DNA of 57,759 nucleotides, the filler included, from Sphacelaria rigidula (taxonomy: Eukaryota), in the NCBI GenBank assembly GCA_964200075.2. It is 9 parts of 9 records of this genome, joined end to end, with 100 filler letters (N's around TTAATTAATTAA, not from the genome) between each part and the next. Parts side by side here need not be neighbours in the genome. Positions count along the whole stretch, not along the records: positions 1 to 6,329 come from CAXNAA020020739.1; positions 6,430 to 12,758 come from CAXNAA020020740.1; 7 more parts are not named here. The stretch is one strand, 5' to 3'. The notes beneath the pieces were generated by a model. The model saw only the letters and a list, made by a program, of their open reading frames with translations, was not told where the DNA came from and searched no databases. Positions 1 to 11,779 of this stretch are shown in pieces. A program made the position numbers and the translations under genes. Each line of letters starts with the position of its first letter. The stretch's first letter is position 1.

Positions 1-278
1 TATCGACTGCCATCAGGACCTCTAATGTTGTCACTTTCACCGTACCCTTGAGTTACTCGTCTCCCCCACTCATTCCAGAGTGTGTGCACTGGGGTCATTA
101 GCAGTACACTCCGAACATAGCCATCAGGCTATACCCCGCCCTTTTTCTTTGGGCCATTTTTTTACAGAGGTTTTCTCTCCTCTTTCTTCTTCAAAGAAAG
201 TGCGTCCGACGGGAATCGAACCCGCGACTAACTTTTGTGACGGTTTTAAGAGACAACCAACTAGACTGCTGACCAGTC
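1..278 (-). mobile_element. tRNA-derived SINE (family B), 3' part may run off the contig
   Basis: Minus strand shows an A-box-like AGCAGTCTAGTTGG (270-257) and a perfect B box GGTTCGATTCC (222-212), followed by non-tRNA body sequence. No complete cloverleaf. Confidence 0.7.
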
Positions 279-419
279 AGCGCTGAAGACCGGAAAATAG
301 CTTGGAGGTATCTATCGACCAGGTGATGTGAGGTCTAGGCATGCATATATCGACCCGATATTCATTCGCGTTTCGAATCTTTTTGATTTGGCTCATTGAG
401 ATTTTGATCAGTCTTTCGG

Positions 420-3400
420 AATTGTCGAAAATCTGCCATTTGAGCCCCAGGCGTAAATCATAACGTTGTGAGTGAATTTTGCGGAGTCCTCACCACGATA
501 TTCGCTGTTCCAGGAAATGTTCGCCTGTCTAAAATCTCCCATTTGAGGTCCAGGCGTGTATGATAACGTTCTGAGTGAGTGTTGCGGACTAAAAACCACG
601 ACTTTTTCCGTTCCAGTAAATATTTGCCGGCCCAAAATCTCCCATCCGAGGTTCACGCGTATATTACAACGTTCTGGATGGTTGTTGCGGACTAAACACG
701 ACGATATTCGCTGTTACGGGGAATAATCGCCTGTCTGAAGTCTTCCATTTAAGGTCTAGGCGTGTATGATGGCATTGTTGGCGAGTCACGGACTAAGACG
801 ACGATATTCACTGTTGCAGGGAATATTCATTCATCGAGAATTTCCCATTTGGGGTCCAGGCGTAAATGATAACGTTCTGGGTAAGTTTTGCCGTCTTCCC
901 ACCACGATATTCGCTATTCCAGGGAATATTCGCGTCTCCGAAATCTCCCATTTGAGCTTCGGGCGTATATGATGACGTTCTGGGTGGTTGTTGCGGACTA
1001 AACACGACGATATTTGCTGTTCCAGGCAATATTCGGCTGTCTGAAAACTCCCATTCGAGCTCGAGGCGTATCTGATCACGTTCTGGGTGTTTTTTGCGGA
1101 CTAAACACGACGATATTCGCTGTTCCAGGAACTATTCGCCTGTTCCAAGTCTACCATTTAAATTTAAGCTCCAGGCGTATAGGATAACGTTCCAGGTGAA
1201 TTACGCGGTCTACCCACGACGATATTCGCTGTTCCGAAAAATGTTCACCTGTTCGAAATCCCCTATTTGAGCTCGAGGCGGATATGATCACGTTCTGGGT
1301 GAGTTATGCATTTTTCCTACCAAGATACTCGCTGCCCCGAGATAAATCCGTCTGTCCGAAATCTTCTATTGGAGCTTCAGGTGTATATTATAACGTTCTA
1401 TGTGGTTTTCGCGGACTAAACGCGCCGATATTCGCTCTTCCAGGAAATATTCGTGAGTCCAAAATATTCCATCCGAGCTCCAGGCGTCTATGATGACGTT
1501 CTGGATGAGTCTGGCGGACTAAACACAACGATATTCGCTGTTCCAGAAACTATTCGCCTGTCCGAAGTCTCCCATTTAAGCTCCAGGTGTATAGGATAAC
1601 GTTCTGGATAGATTTTTGCGGTCTACCCACGACAATATCCGCTGTTGCAGAAAATATTCGCCTGTCCAAGATCTCTCATTCAAGCTCCAGGCGTATATGA
1701 TGACTTTCTGGGTGAGTTTTGCGGTCTTTTCACCGAAATATTCGACCTTACACGAAACATTCGCCTGTCCAAGATCTCCGGCTTGACCTGCAGGCGTACA
1801 TTACGTTCTCGATGAGGTTTTCGACTTATCACGACGATATTCGCTGTTCCGGGAAATATTCGCCTATGCGAAATCGTCCGTTTGAAGTCCAGGCGGATAC
1901 GATCACGTTCTGGTTGCATTTCGTGGTCTTCCAACCACGATATTCACTGTTCCGAGAAATATTCGCCTGACCGAAATCTCCCATTTGAGTTCCAGGCGTA
2001 TATGATGACGTCATGCCTGGTCGTTGCAGACTGAACACGACGATATTTAATGTTTCAGGGGATATTCGCCTGTGCGGGAGGTCTCGTTTGAGGTCCAGGC
2101 GTTTATGATGACGTGCTGGGTGAGTTTTGCGGGCTGGACACGACGATTCTCGCTGTTACGGAAAATATTTGCCTGTCCAAAACCTCTCATTTGAGCTCCA
2201 CGCGTATATGATAACGGACTGGGAGAGTTCCGCGGGCTGAACACGACAACTTCCGCTGTTCCAGGAAATATTCGCCTGTCCAAAATCTCCCATTTGAGCT
2301 CGAGACGGATATGATCACGTTTTGGGTGGGTTTTGCGGTCTGTCCACGACGACATTCGCTGTTCCCGGAGATATTCGCCTTTCTAGAATGTCCCTTTTGA
2401 GCTCCACGCCTACATGACAACGTGCTGGGAGCGTTTTGCGGTCTTCCCACGACGACATTCGCTGTTCGGGGAAATATTCGCCTCTCCGAAATCTCCCATT
2501 CAAGCCCCAGGTCCATATGAGAACGATCTCGATCATTTTTGCGACTGAACACCACGATATTCGCTGTCCCAGGAAATGTTCGCCCGTCCAAAATCTCCCA
2601 TTTGAGGTCCAGGCGTATATGATGACGTTCTCGATGAGTTTGGCGGACTGAACACGACGACATTCGCTGTTCCAGGGGAATATTCGCTTGTCCGACATCT
2701 CCCTTCTCAGCTCCAGGCGTATATGATCACGTCGTGAATGAGTTTTGCGCACTAAACACGACGGTGTTTGCTGTCCCGAGAAATATCCGCCTTTACGAAA
2801 TCTCCCATTTATGGTCCAGGCGTATGTGAAAACGTTCTGGGTGAGATTTGCGGAGTAGACACGACGATATTCGCTGTTCCAGGAAATTTTCGTCTGTCCA
2901 AAATCTCCCATCTGAGGTCGAGGCGTTTATGATGACGTTCTGGGTGAGTTTGCGGACTAAAAACGATGATATACGCTGTTTCACGGAGATGTTCGCCAGT
3001 CCAAAATGTCCCCTTTGAGCTCCAGGCGTATATGATAACGCCGTGGGTGAGTCTTGCGGACTAAACACGACTATATCCGCTGTTCCAGGAAATATTAGCC
3101 TGTCCAACGTCTCCCTTTTGAGTTTCATGCGTATGTAATGACGTTCGGGGTGAGTTTTGCGTACTAAGCATGACGATATTCGCTGTTCCGGGAAATATTC
3201 GCCTGTCCAAAATGTGTCATTTGAGCTCCTGGTATATATGATAACGTTTAGGGTGAGTTTTGCGGACTGAACACGACAATACTCGCTGTTCCGGGGAATA
3301 TTCACCTGTCCGAAATCTTCCATTTGAGGTTGAGACGTACATGATGACGTTCTGGGTGGGTTTCGTGGTCTCCCCACCGCGATATTCGCTGTTCCGGGGA

Positions 3401-4473
3401 ATATTGGCCTGTCCGAAATCTCCCATTTGAGGTCCAGGCGTATATCATAACGTTGTGGGTGAAGCTGCGGACTGAACACGACGATATTCGCCTGTCCAAA
3501 ATATCCCATATGAGGGATTGGCGTATATTTCCGGGTGAGTTTTGCGAGCCGAACACTACGATATTCGCATTTTCAGGAAATATTCGAGTCCAAACTTCCC
3601 ATTTGAGGTCTGGGCGTATACGATGACGCCCTGGGTAGGTTTTGCAGGCTAAACACGACGATATTCGCTGTTGCAGAATATATTCGTCTGCCCAAAATCT
3701 CCCATTTGAGGTCCAGGCGTGTATGATGACGTCCTGGGCGAGTTTTGGGTGCTAAACACCACGTTATTCGCTGTCGCAGGAAATATTTGCCCGTCCAAAA
3801 TATTTCATTTGAGCTCCAGGAGTATATGATGACGTGCTGGGTGAGTTGTGCGGACTAAACACGACGACTTTCGCTGTACCAGAAAATATTCGCCTGTCAA
3901 AAACATCCCATTTGAGCTCCAGGCGTATATGTTGACGCTCTTGGTGAGTTTTACGGGCTAAACACCGAGACATTCGCTCTTCCAGGAAATATTCGCTGGT
4001 CCGAAAACTTCCATTCGAGGTCCAGGCGTATACAGTCTTACGCCAAAAAAAGAAAAGCAAGTCAACTGCCAAGATTCCCGCATACAAAAATCGTACGCAC
4101 TTCATGTATCTTTCGACGGTTTAACAGGGTTTAGTACTTTATTTTCAGTACAAATCAAGGGTTGTTCTGCTTGTGGATTTCTCCATGACAATATTCGCTA
4201 TTCCAGGAAATATTCGCCTGTCTCAAATCTCCCATTTGAGCTCCAGGTGTAGATGATGATGCTCTGAGTATGTTTTGGGGTCTTCGCACGACTATGTTCG
4301 CTATTCTGGGACATCATCGCCTGTCCAAAATCTCCCATTTGAGCTCCAGGCATATATTATAACGTTCTGTGTGAGTTTTGCGGACTAAACACGACGATAT
4401 TCGCTGTTCCAGGTCATGCTCGTCTGTCCGAATTCTTCCATTGAGTTCCAGGCGTATATGATCACGTTCCAGG
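420..4473. repeat. Tandem array (satellite) of a ~103-bp monomer, about 38 diverged copies, interrupted at ~4030-4170
   Basis: The CCATTT anchor (CCATCC at 642) recurs at 436, 539, 642, 745, 845, 948 and onward. Approximate consensus: CCATTTGAGCTCCAGGCGTATATGATGACGTTCTGGGTGAGTTTTGCGGACTAAACACGACGATATTCGCTGTTCCAGGAAATATTCGCCTGTCCAAAATCTC. Confidence 0.97.
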
Positions 4474-4577
4474 TCGCCATCTCGAAATCGAGAATAAATT
4501 CCAATTTCAAAAAGTGAAGTTGGTTTCTGCTGCGGGTAAAAATTCGACTAACTGTTTTTTTGCGACTCCGTTATGGC

Positions 4578-4680
4578 GCCAAGATTCTCGCGACCTGATC
4601 CTTGCGATCAGATTCTTGCGATAGTTTTTTTATTCTTGCAACCTGATTCTTTCAATCGGATTCTTGCGATAGTTTTTTCG
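4578..4680. repeat. Short tandem GATTCTTGCGA-type repeats flanking the satellite
   Basis: About five copies of GAT(T/C)CT(T/C)GCGA, including two TTCTTGCGATAGTTTTTT. Confidence 0.6.
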
Positions 4681-5296
4681 CTAGATTTTCCACTCTAAAA
4701 CCCCCATCGATTTCGTTTTTGTGGGGGATAACTTCGTCAAACAGACACCAAACGCATCCTGCTCCAAGGGGCACCTGCACACACAGCAGTTGCCGCTGTC
4801 TACCTAGTATGATCCTCTAAATCGAAGTCTTGAGTGAGAACCCCCTGTTTTTGGTGCCCATGTACAAGGAAGGATGATCTTCATCTAGTATCATGCTCCA
4901 AAACGGACCGGACAAGGGGGCAACACCCGCGTACAGATAGTAGCAATTCTAGCGGATCCTACGTCCTGAGAGTCTGTGACAGTCTGGCAGCCGGCAAGGT
5001 GGTTATGGTAGTGTCGTTCTAGCAACGTCAGCTTACAGTACACTGGAGCAGAGTTTGCAGGTGAATATTTCGGCGATTGCCTCACCTACAGTTCGCCCAG
5101 ATGTTGTGGATTTTTTCTCGATATCACCGAGTAAGATTATCACATACATGTACAGGTGGAAACATACAAGACTCTCCGTCACATTATACGGCGAGATGTA
5201 CCAGACCCTGCATTATATATGGAAATGTCCCCAAACGTGGACAAGAGATTTCTACAGTCAGTACGAACACGATGTTGGAAGTGTAATGCATACAGT

Positions 5297-5372
5297 GTGT
5301 TGTGTGTGTTGTCGTCCCATCTATTCTGGACGCCCGTCTCCACCTTTCGGTATATGTAGGCGTACCAGCCGC
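5297..5372 (-). mobile_element. 3' end fragment of SINE family A
   Basis: TGTGTGTGTTGTCGTCCCAT.TATTCTGG...ACCTTTCGGTATATGT.GGCG..CAGCCG matches 18908-18978. Confidence 0.7.
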
Positions 5373-6104
5373 GGCTGTGTTACCATTCAGCTTCGCCCAA
5401 GGTACAGGCAACCATTACAGCGGCGGAGGCGGCCTTTCACTCCTGCGTGTGCCACCTGGGGCAAACGAACGCTGTAGCTGCAACACGGACAACTTTACAA
5501 AATGTGACGTAGCGATATACTGTAGCGCGTGGCGTAATATCCTGCGTACACGTTTGCCGCAGATAAAAGCGGGTGCATTCATGATATGGCGAACTGCATA
5601 GGACAACGCGGAATCAATGCAGGGCAGGGATAGGCTGAAGATATCACGTCCTGCGGTGTGCTTTGTCACCCTGCACCCTACCGCTGTGCAGTGCGCAGGT
5701 CATACCGCCGAATGCGTCACGATGCGGTTGGTACACTAGTGTCGGCTCCACACCCGTAGGGTAACCTCTGCATTGAATCAATATAACGCATTGAATTGAA
5801 TTACACACGCGGAGCGCATTATTTTCGGGCAGCACGCGCGCTAGCGTTTTCCGTGTTGTCGACATCGTGCCAGCGCGCTTGTGCACTGAAGCGCTGTACT
5901 CCCCCGTGGTAGCCCGTCACGGTAGTGCTCCTCATGTTTCATCACGCTTTATTCGGAAACACGCAGAAGAGATCCCAGCGAGTTCATCGTTGTTGCACTT
6001 GGATTGTGATGAACCAGTTGTTTTTCGATAGAACCCCCGCATGCTGCGTGTTGTACCAAATAGTTTACCGTACCAGTTCAAAAACGAATATGCATTATAT
6101 ATAC

Positions 6105-6296
6105 GATTCCAGTACATGTAGGTCTCCTGTAGTTCAATCGGTCTCATACGGATTTTTCGTAGTGTTGGTGCCCTTTTTTTTTCGTGTAGATGTTTTGGTT
6201 TCTTGCCTTCTTCTGCGGGCTGTTTCGGTTATGGGTATATTGGTGGAATGCTCCTTGTACTCTGTGACCACGGGTTCCAGAGATCGAGCTAATGTG

Positions 6297-6329
<33 letters not shown>
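6105..6329 (+). mobile_element. Non-LTR retroposon 3' end (family T1) with (AAT)n tail
   Basis: Close match to 44668-44878. Ends GTGACCACGGGTTCCAGAGATCGAGCTAATGTGA followed by (AAT)n. Confidence 0.75.
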
Positions 6330-6429
6330 NNNNNNNNNNNNNNNNNNNNNNNNNNNNNNNNNNNNNNNNNNNNTTAATTAATTAANNNNNNNNNNNNNNN
6401 NNNNNNNNNNNNNNNNNNNNNNNNNNNNN
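6330..6429. other. Artificial contig linker N44-TTAATTAATTAA-N44. Same linker at 12759-12858, 19188-19287, 25617-25716, 32046-32145, 38475-38574, 44904-45003 and 51332-51431
   Basis: Eight identical 100-bp spacers with stops in all six frames. The intervening contigs are 6329 bp (x7) then 6328 bp (x2). Confidence 0.99.
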
Positions 6430-7256
6430 AATCCCGATTTCCTCTCAGGCCGCAAAAGCGCAGACCCTACCGCAACATCACTCTTGATATGACACGGCCT
6501 GAGAGAAGAATCCAACCACAACCCTTCAGAAACGTATTATGCCTCCCGACACTGAACGCTGAATGTCGAATTTCGCGTAATCAGCATCCGCATACGCTAC
6601 CAATTCGTCGCTCGAACCCCTGACATAAATAATTCCTAAATCCATCGTAGTCCTCAGGTATTCAAGAATCCTCAATACTTTGCGCGAGTCTTCTGCTATC
6701 GGGTTCTCGTTGTGCCGGAGGCAGCTCTCACGGCACCGGCGATGTCGGGGCGAGTGTTGCAAGAGAGCCTCATCAGCGATCCTTCCGCCTCGTGATACCT
6801 CCCCCCAAAGTCTTCTCTTTCATCGACCATAAAAAAAGGTGAAACATACGCGGGAGTCGCTGCGGTCCTAGTGATGGAAAACCTGTCTAGAACCCGTTGG
6901 ATATACGCAGGCTGTGACAACTTCAGAGTACCCTTCTCAAGGTCGTGCCTCAACTCGCACCCCACATACAACACCAGTTCTCCAAGAGTTTTCTTCGGAA
7001 AGTGAGAGTTAAGATCTGCAGCCAACTTGTTGCACACAGCCTCATCACCCACCACGAACATGACATCGACATGTACCACACTCAGAACTTTAGCCTCCTC
7101 CCCGTCAATTAACCTGTAGATGCATGGGTCAACAAAACTCTGGTCGAAACCCAGACTTTTCAGAGTTTTCCCCAGCTTACCAAACCATTATTTAGCTGCT
7201 TGTCAAATCCTATGCAAACTTTTCCTCGGGTGCACGACAGTACCTGACCGTCCACC
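6430..7256 (-). pseudogene. Host Copia A: 3' part of reverse transcriptase and start of RNase H (degenerate)
   Basis: Translates to GGRSGTVV..RKSLHRI*QAAK*WF (cf. LYGLKQ), GFDQSFVDPCIY, VHVDV (cf. YVDD), LSQPAYI, TRPDI and YADADYA..RSVSGG, with stops and frameshifts. Confidence 0.92.
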
Positions 7257-7539
7257 TTTTTCCTTGGCTCAGGCACACTTGGCTCAGGCACAGGGTAATG
7301 GTTTTATATCTTTTATTAGAGAGCACCCGAGTTCTACTGTAACTTGGGAGAGTGCTGATGAAGATGGAAGCTGATGCGAGGGGGAGCAGGAGAGTGGGCA
7401 CGGACGCATGCAGCTCGTGCGCCCGTCAGCCGTACTGTACTTCATTTGCATACACGTGACTGTCGGTACTCGTACGTCACCCCAATCCCCGGTTCTACGT
7501 AGATCCAGCATTCGTGGGTATCTAAATCACTCGAATACC
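7257..7539 (-). repeat. 3' LTR of Copia B (outer end eroded, 15-bp internal tandem duplication)
   Basis: About 95% identical by manual count to 11511-11779. CTTGGCTCAGGCACA is duplicated. Confidence 0.93.
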
Positions 7540-8911
7540 CCCTCCTGATCGGATACCTCAGCACTCAAAGCTAAAAAACACGTTTCCAGAAGGAAACTCG
7601 GCCTTCCGAGAAAAAAACCCCATTACACAAACTCCACCGCTTGTGCTCAAGAACAAACAGCCCTTTTTCGCAGACGCCCAGGCCAGGGCACCTGCACGCA
7701 TGGCACTCAACCATATTTCCTTATATTCCGATTTTTCTATGTCTTCTACTGTTACGGAGGGGGTTTCAACATCTCTCACGTGCAGACCGATGGGGGAACG
7801 CAAACCAAAACTAGGCTCTGCCTCTCTTCCGTTTTCGGCGGGAAGAAAAAATACTCCTGCTCCGCAAAAGTCTCCTCGATCAGCATGGCCGCGCTGCCTC
7901 CCGCACCTCTGGTCCAGCTGCTGCAGTGATCAGGTCCGTCATCCCGCACCTATCCTCCGCCATTCCATAGAGTACAGTTTCCGCATGAGCCCTCGCTTGG
8001 GCCCTCCCCATCACGCGGGAGAAGTATTCCTCTCTTATCCATGCCTGCATTTTCTCCAGCTCCTCTGCCGCCGATGCTAGTTCGTTCCAGTCGGCTGCCG
8101 CTCTCGTTGCACTGCGTGTGCGGCCTGCCATTTGTGGAGGCAGAGACAACTCGTCGTCGAGTGCAAGATGGCGTAACTCCGTCCTTGGGAGTTCGGGTGC
8201 TCCACCTCCCCTCCGCCGTTGCGCTCGGGGGTGTCGACGGTTGTCGGCGTTGTCGCCGGCGTTGTCGGCACTGCGGCTGTCGGCGCTGCGGATGTCGTCG
8301 TTGTCGGCGATGCTGGCGGCGTCACCGACGACGGCGGTGTGGGCGGCACCGAACCCCGGGCATCAATGAGATGTGCGACAGGATTTCGCAAAATCCCGCG
8401 CCCCCTCCCGCCTCTGCAAGGAGGCGGCGAGGTCATCTCACCCCCCGCCAATAGCGGGGGTCTGTTATGTGGCGCCTGCGTCTAGTTCTGAGTTGGAGAG
8501 CAAAAACGACACGCGACGTGAACCGCGGGATGGAGCACGCGCCACCGGCGTTTGCTCCGCGAACTCGCTGCAGACCAACCTTCCTTCGATCTTGTCATCC
8601 CTTGCTTCATCAGGCGTCGGGATCGCTTGCTGTGAGGCGGGGAGAGGAGTAGAGGGAACATACGCCCATGTTACGTGCCTGGTCGCAGTAGTTTGTCCTG
8701 TTTCCGTCATCACTTTTACAGCATCGCGCGGGTATCCTGGGACTGGGCTAAGGTACCAGCACCTCTGAGCTTTTCGTTGTAACTTTTCTGTCCTCTGAAC
8801 CCTACAAAATCCAGGCTTTTAGAAAAGGGAGAAGGTTGTTTGCCGGTGGTACTCCGTGCCACGTTTCGTGCGGCGTCTTGTATCCCGGGTAAGCCGAGGT
8901 CGCAGTACAGT

Positions 8912-9932
8912 TCAAAGCATGGCATGCCCAGTTAGCTTGTTCCGCCCACAGATTCTTGCTAGTTGGAATATTCTGGTTCGGTACATCTCCGATGCCTGAA
9001 TTTTGGCTGCAAGGCCGGCCGACTCTATGATGCCAATTACCCGTTCCTCTACGCCGTTGAACTGTGGTGAGTCAGCAGTTGTTTTCTCTTGCTTTAGTTT
9101 CTCTCTATCACATAGTTCCTCGAATGCCCCCTCCGAGAATTCACCTTCACCATCACTGCGGGCCTTCTCGATTTTTCGCCGGTGAATTTCTGCGATGTAC
9201 TTACTAAAGTACTGTTCGTCCTTGTCCTTTGTGCGCAGAAAAAACAATCTGGTATGCCGCGAGCAGTCATCACGTACCATCATCATGTACGACTTTCCGC
9301 CCCGAGATCTGACTGGTTTTGGGCCTGTAAAATCGACAAACACTCTGGATGCTGGCTCAACTGGTCTTGTGTGAGTTGATCTTGGGATGGGCCATCGCAG
9401 TCCTTTTCCTCCCGAGCATCCTCGGTGCGGTCTCAACTCGCCGCGCAGCTCCACTCCGAGCTACTTTTCGTGTTTGCAGTGGAAGTCATTGATATAATCA
9501 ACTTAGGGGTTAGGTAGTTCCCCCGGGGAAATTACAGTGCATGCTGACGCGCGCTTGTCATGGCCGTTTGGATAGATGCGTTGGGCGTATATTTTCAATT
9601 GTCTGTGCTGACCGGGGATTTTCATGGTATTGCCTGACTTCAACTTAACCCGGAAGCCGTTGCTAGACCCAATGTAGGTGTGACCTGCGTTAGACAGCCT
9701 GGTCAATGACAACAGATGGTGACGGACGCAAGGTGGGTGGTCTATACTTTTCAAATGCAAGGCTACATGTCGTCCGTCAGATCGTAAAAATGGAGTCAAA
9801 TTACCTCTTCCCACGATTGAGTAGGTACCACCGCTCGCACACCGTAGTACCCTACCACTGCATTTTCTATAATCCGTCATCATACTCGAATCAGGAGAAA
9901 AGTGCGAAGTGGCCGCCGTGTCAAGTATCCAC
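8912..9932 (-). pseudogene. Copia B protease, GAG-pre-integrase region and integrase core (frameshifted)
   Basis: ORFs 9503-9883 and 8912-9454 carry Copia AP and rve motifs. Confidence 0.9.
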
Positions 9933-10129
9933 GGTTCGCTCCCATGACTGCTCTACATCCCCCTTCCCAGCTACAAACGCATACTCACCTGTGTTGACCT
10001 CATCCACCGTCATGTCGATGCTGATCAAAGCTTCTGCATCAGCATCGGAGCAAACGGAGACGTCGTCCACGAAGTCTTCCACCACGCCCATCACAGTCGC
10101 CGCGTCCTCTACAGTGCTTTGACGGTCAA

Positions 10130-11485
10130 TCAGTTGATGCCCTCTCTTCCCGCACCTACCGCGATACCTGTCTGGATAGTCTCTCGCTCGATGTGCAGTC
10201 ATCTTCTGACAAACGTGGCATCTCCACGTCGTCGCAGCCCCCGACTAGCTCGTTGACGATGAAGCCGGCGGCTGGCTGTTTTGCCCTGGCCCCCGTCACC
10301 TCCGCGACCTGGGTTTTGGGTCTTTCCCGGTTTGCCTTTCCGGTGTGAGCCGTTAGGTTTGCCGGGTTGGCCCTTGACGGCAAGGGCCTGGTCGCCTGAG
10401 GAAACCTTCTTCCCCTTGGCGAGTTCCTGCTTGAAAAGTGCCGATTCGAAACGATTTCGAACCGACTCACTACGACTTCCCTCGTGAGTGCCCCCTCGCG
10501 CTCCTCCAGCGCCTGCTTTTGGTAGTTAAACTTGCAGGGAAGCGCATTGACAAATTTGAGGAGGGTTTGCGCCTCCGTAAGGATGATGTTGGTGTCGTGT
10601 GATTGCAATTATCTCGCCACCTCTTTCATCTCGATTAGGTTTCGAACCGGATCACCGCGAACTCCAATCTTCACGTGATCATACTTTTCTAAAAGTGTTA
10701 ACCCAGCCCCGTTGGTCTTGGGACTGTAGAATTCGTTTAACGCACGCCACACAGCTGCAGGAGACAGAATTCGGAATATAATATCCCGGTCCCGTTCGTG
10801 TTCGAGACTCGCCACCGACATTTCCCTCGTTCTCACGTTTGCGGCTACAGTGCCCTTTCCGTGCCTTGCCTCAAGATAACTCAAGGATACCGTCTTGTTC
10901 CCCCACCTCCACATCGTACGCACTATCTTCCGGCATAGGGAACACCCCGTCAATTGCTTCGCTCCCAGCAAACAATATGAGCTCGTGGCTGTAGTGGTTC
11001 AACTCTGAACGTTTTCTGGAGAACTTAGTTACAATTGCCTTGAAAATTGGGACCCCAGAAACATTTGGGACACTTGGTCTATCGTGACCTAACACTGCGA
11101 CGGACTCACTTGTGGGGTCTGCACGCCTTGCTCCGTCGCTTGCTGTCCAGTGGTCGCTTCCGCTCGGAGCTCCCTGATCGCCCTCGCGGCTGCGTCTTCG
11201 GCCTCGAGGCTTGCTGTGGTTGGCTGAGCTGTCAGCCTGGTGTTGTTGTGTTGCTTGGTCTTCTTTGCTTTCGACGACGCCACTCCACCGCGCGCCTCCG
11301 GACTCTTGATCTCCTATGCCATCTACTCTACCCTGTAGTACAGTTTGTGTAGACTGTACGCCTCTGGCAAGATCCGTCAGTGTGCTGAACTGACCACTGA
11401 ACAGACTCATCATGTTCTCAATTTGATTCGTTAGTCCGTCTAAACTTTCTTCAGAAGACAAAGCGTTACCATCGTTCCTAGCCAT
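10130..11485 (-). pseudogene. Copia B gag (frameshifted, two decayed CCHC knuckles)
   Basis: ATG at 11485 shortly after the LTR. AAVWRALNEFYSPKT..LLEKYDHVKIG is a Copia gag-like motif. CHVCQKMTAHRARD and GRCGKRGH are knuckle remnants. Confidence 0.8.
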
Positions 11486-11510
11486 ACTTGCCCAATCGAT
11501 TGATCACTAG

Positions 11511-11779
11511 TGTATTCCTTGGCTCAGGCACAGGGTAATGGCTTTATATCTTTTACTAGAGAGCACCCAAATTCTACTGTAACTTGGGAGAGTGCTGATG
11601 AAGAGGGAAACTGATGAGAGGGAGAGCAGGAGAGTGGGCACGGGTGCATGCAGCTCGTGCGCCCGTCAGCCGTACTGTACTTCATTTGCACACACGTGAC
11701 TGTCGGTACTCGTACGTCACCCCGATCCCCGGTTCTACGTAGATCCAGCATTCGTGGGTATCTAAATCACTCGAATACA
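11511..11779 (-). repeat. 5' LTR of Copia B (269 bp)
   Basis: TGTATTC...GAATACA inverted termini. Right flank is CCTAG. Confidence 0.95.

Larger units (their letters stand above)
7257..11779 (-). mobile_element. Ty1/Copia LTR retrotransposon B, internally deleted (most of RT/RNase H missing), nested in Copia A
   Basis: Paired LTRs. Domain order is gag, protease (WILDTAATSHF ~9930), integrase (VFVDFTGP, RSDGEGEF, SPQFNGVEER), RT start (EIWLSAMRA) fused to an RNase H-like stretch (GALAWASAKKGCLFLST). PPT AGGAGGGG lies just before the 3' LTR. Confidence 0.93.

Noticed and set aside
199..278. Functional tRNA gene (also 24612-24657 with 19835-19853)
   Set aside because: A and B boxes are present but I could not fold a full cloverleaf. 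The contig 4 head runs into a body repeated elsewhere in the window, so both fit SINE heads better.
420..4473. CRISPR array or repeat-protein gene
   Set aside because: The whole 103-bp unit is repeated with no unique spacers and no cas genes. The period is not a multiple of 3, so the many ORFs here cycle through frames and are by-products.
6374..6385. TTAATTAATTAA as a biological motif
   Set aside because: It is always centred in 44+44 Ns, so it is an assembly linker with six-frame stops.
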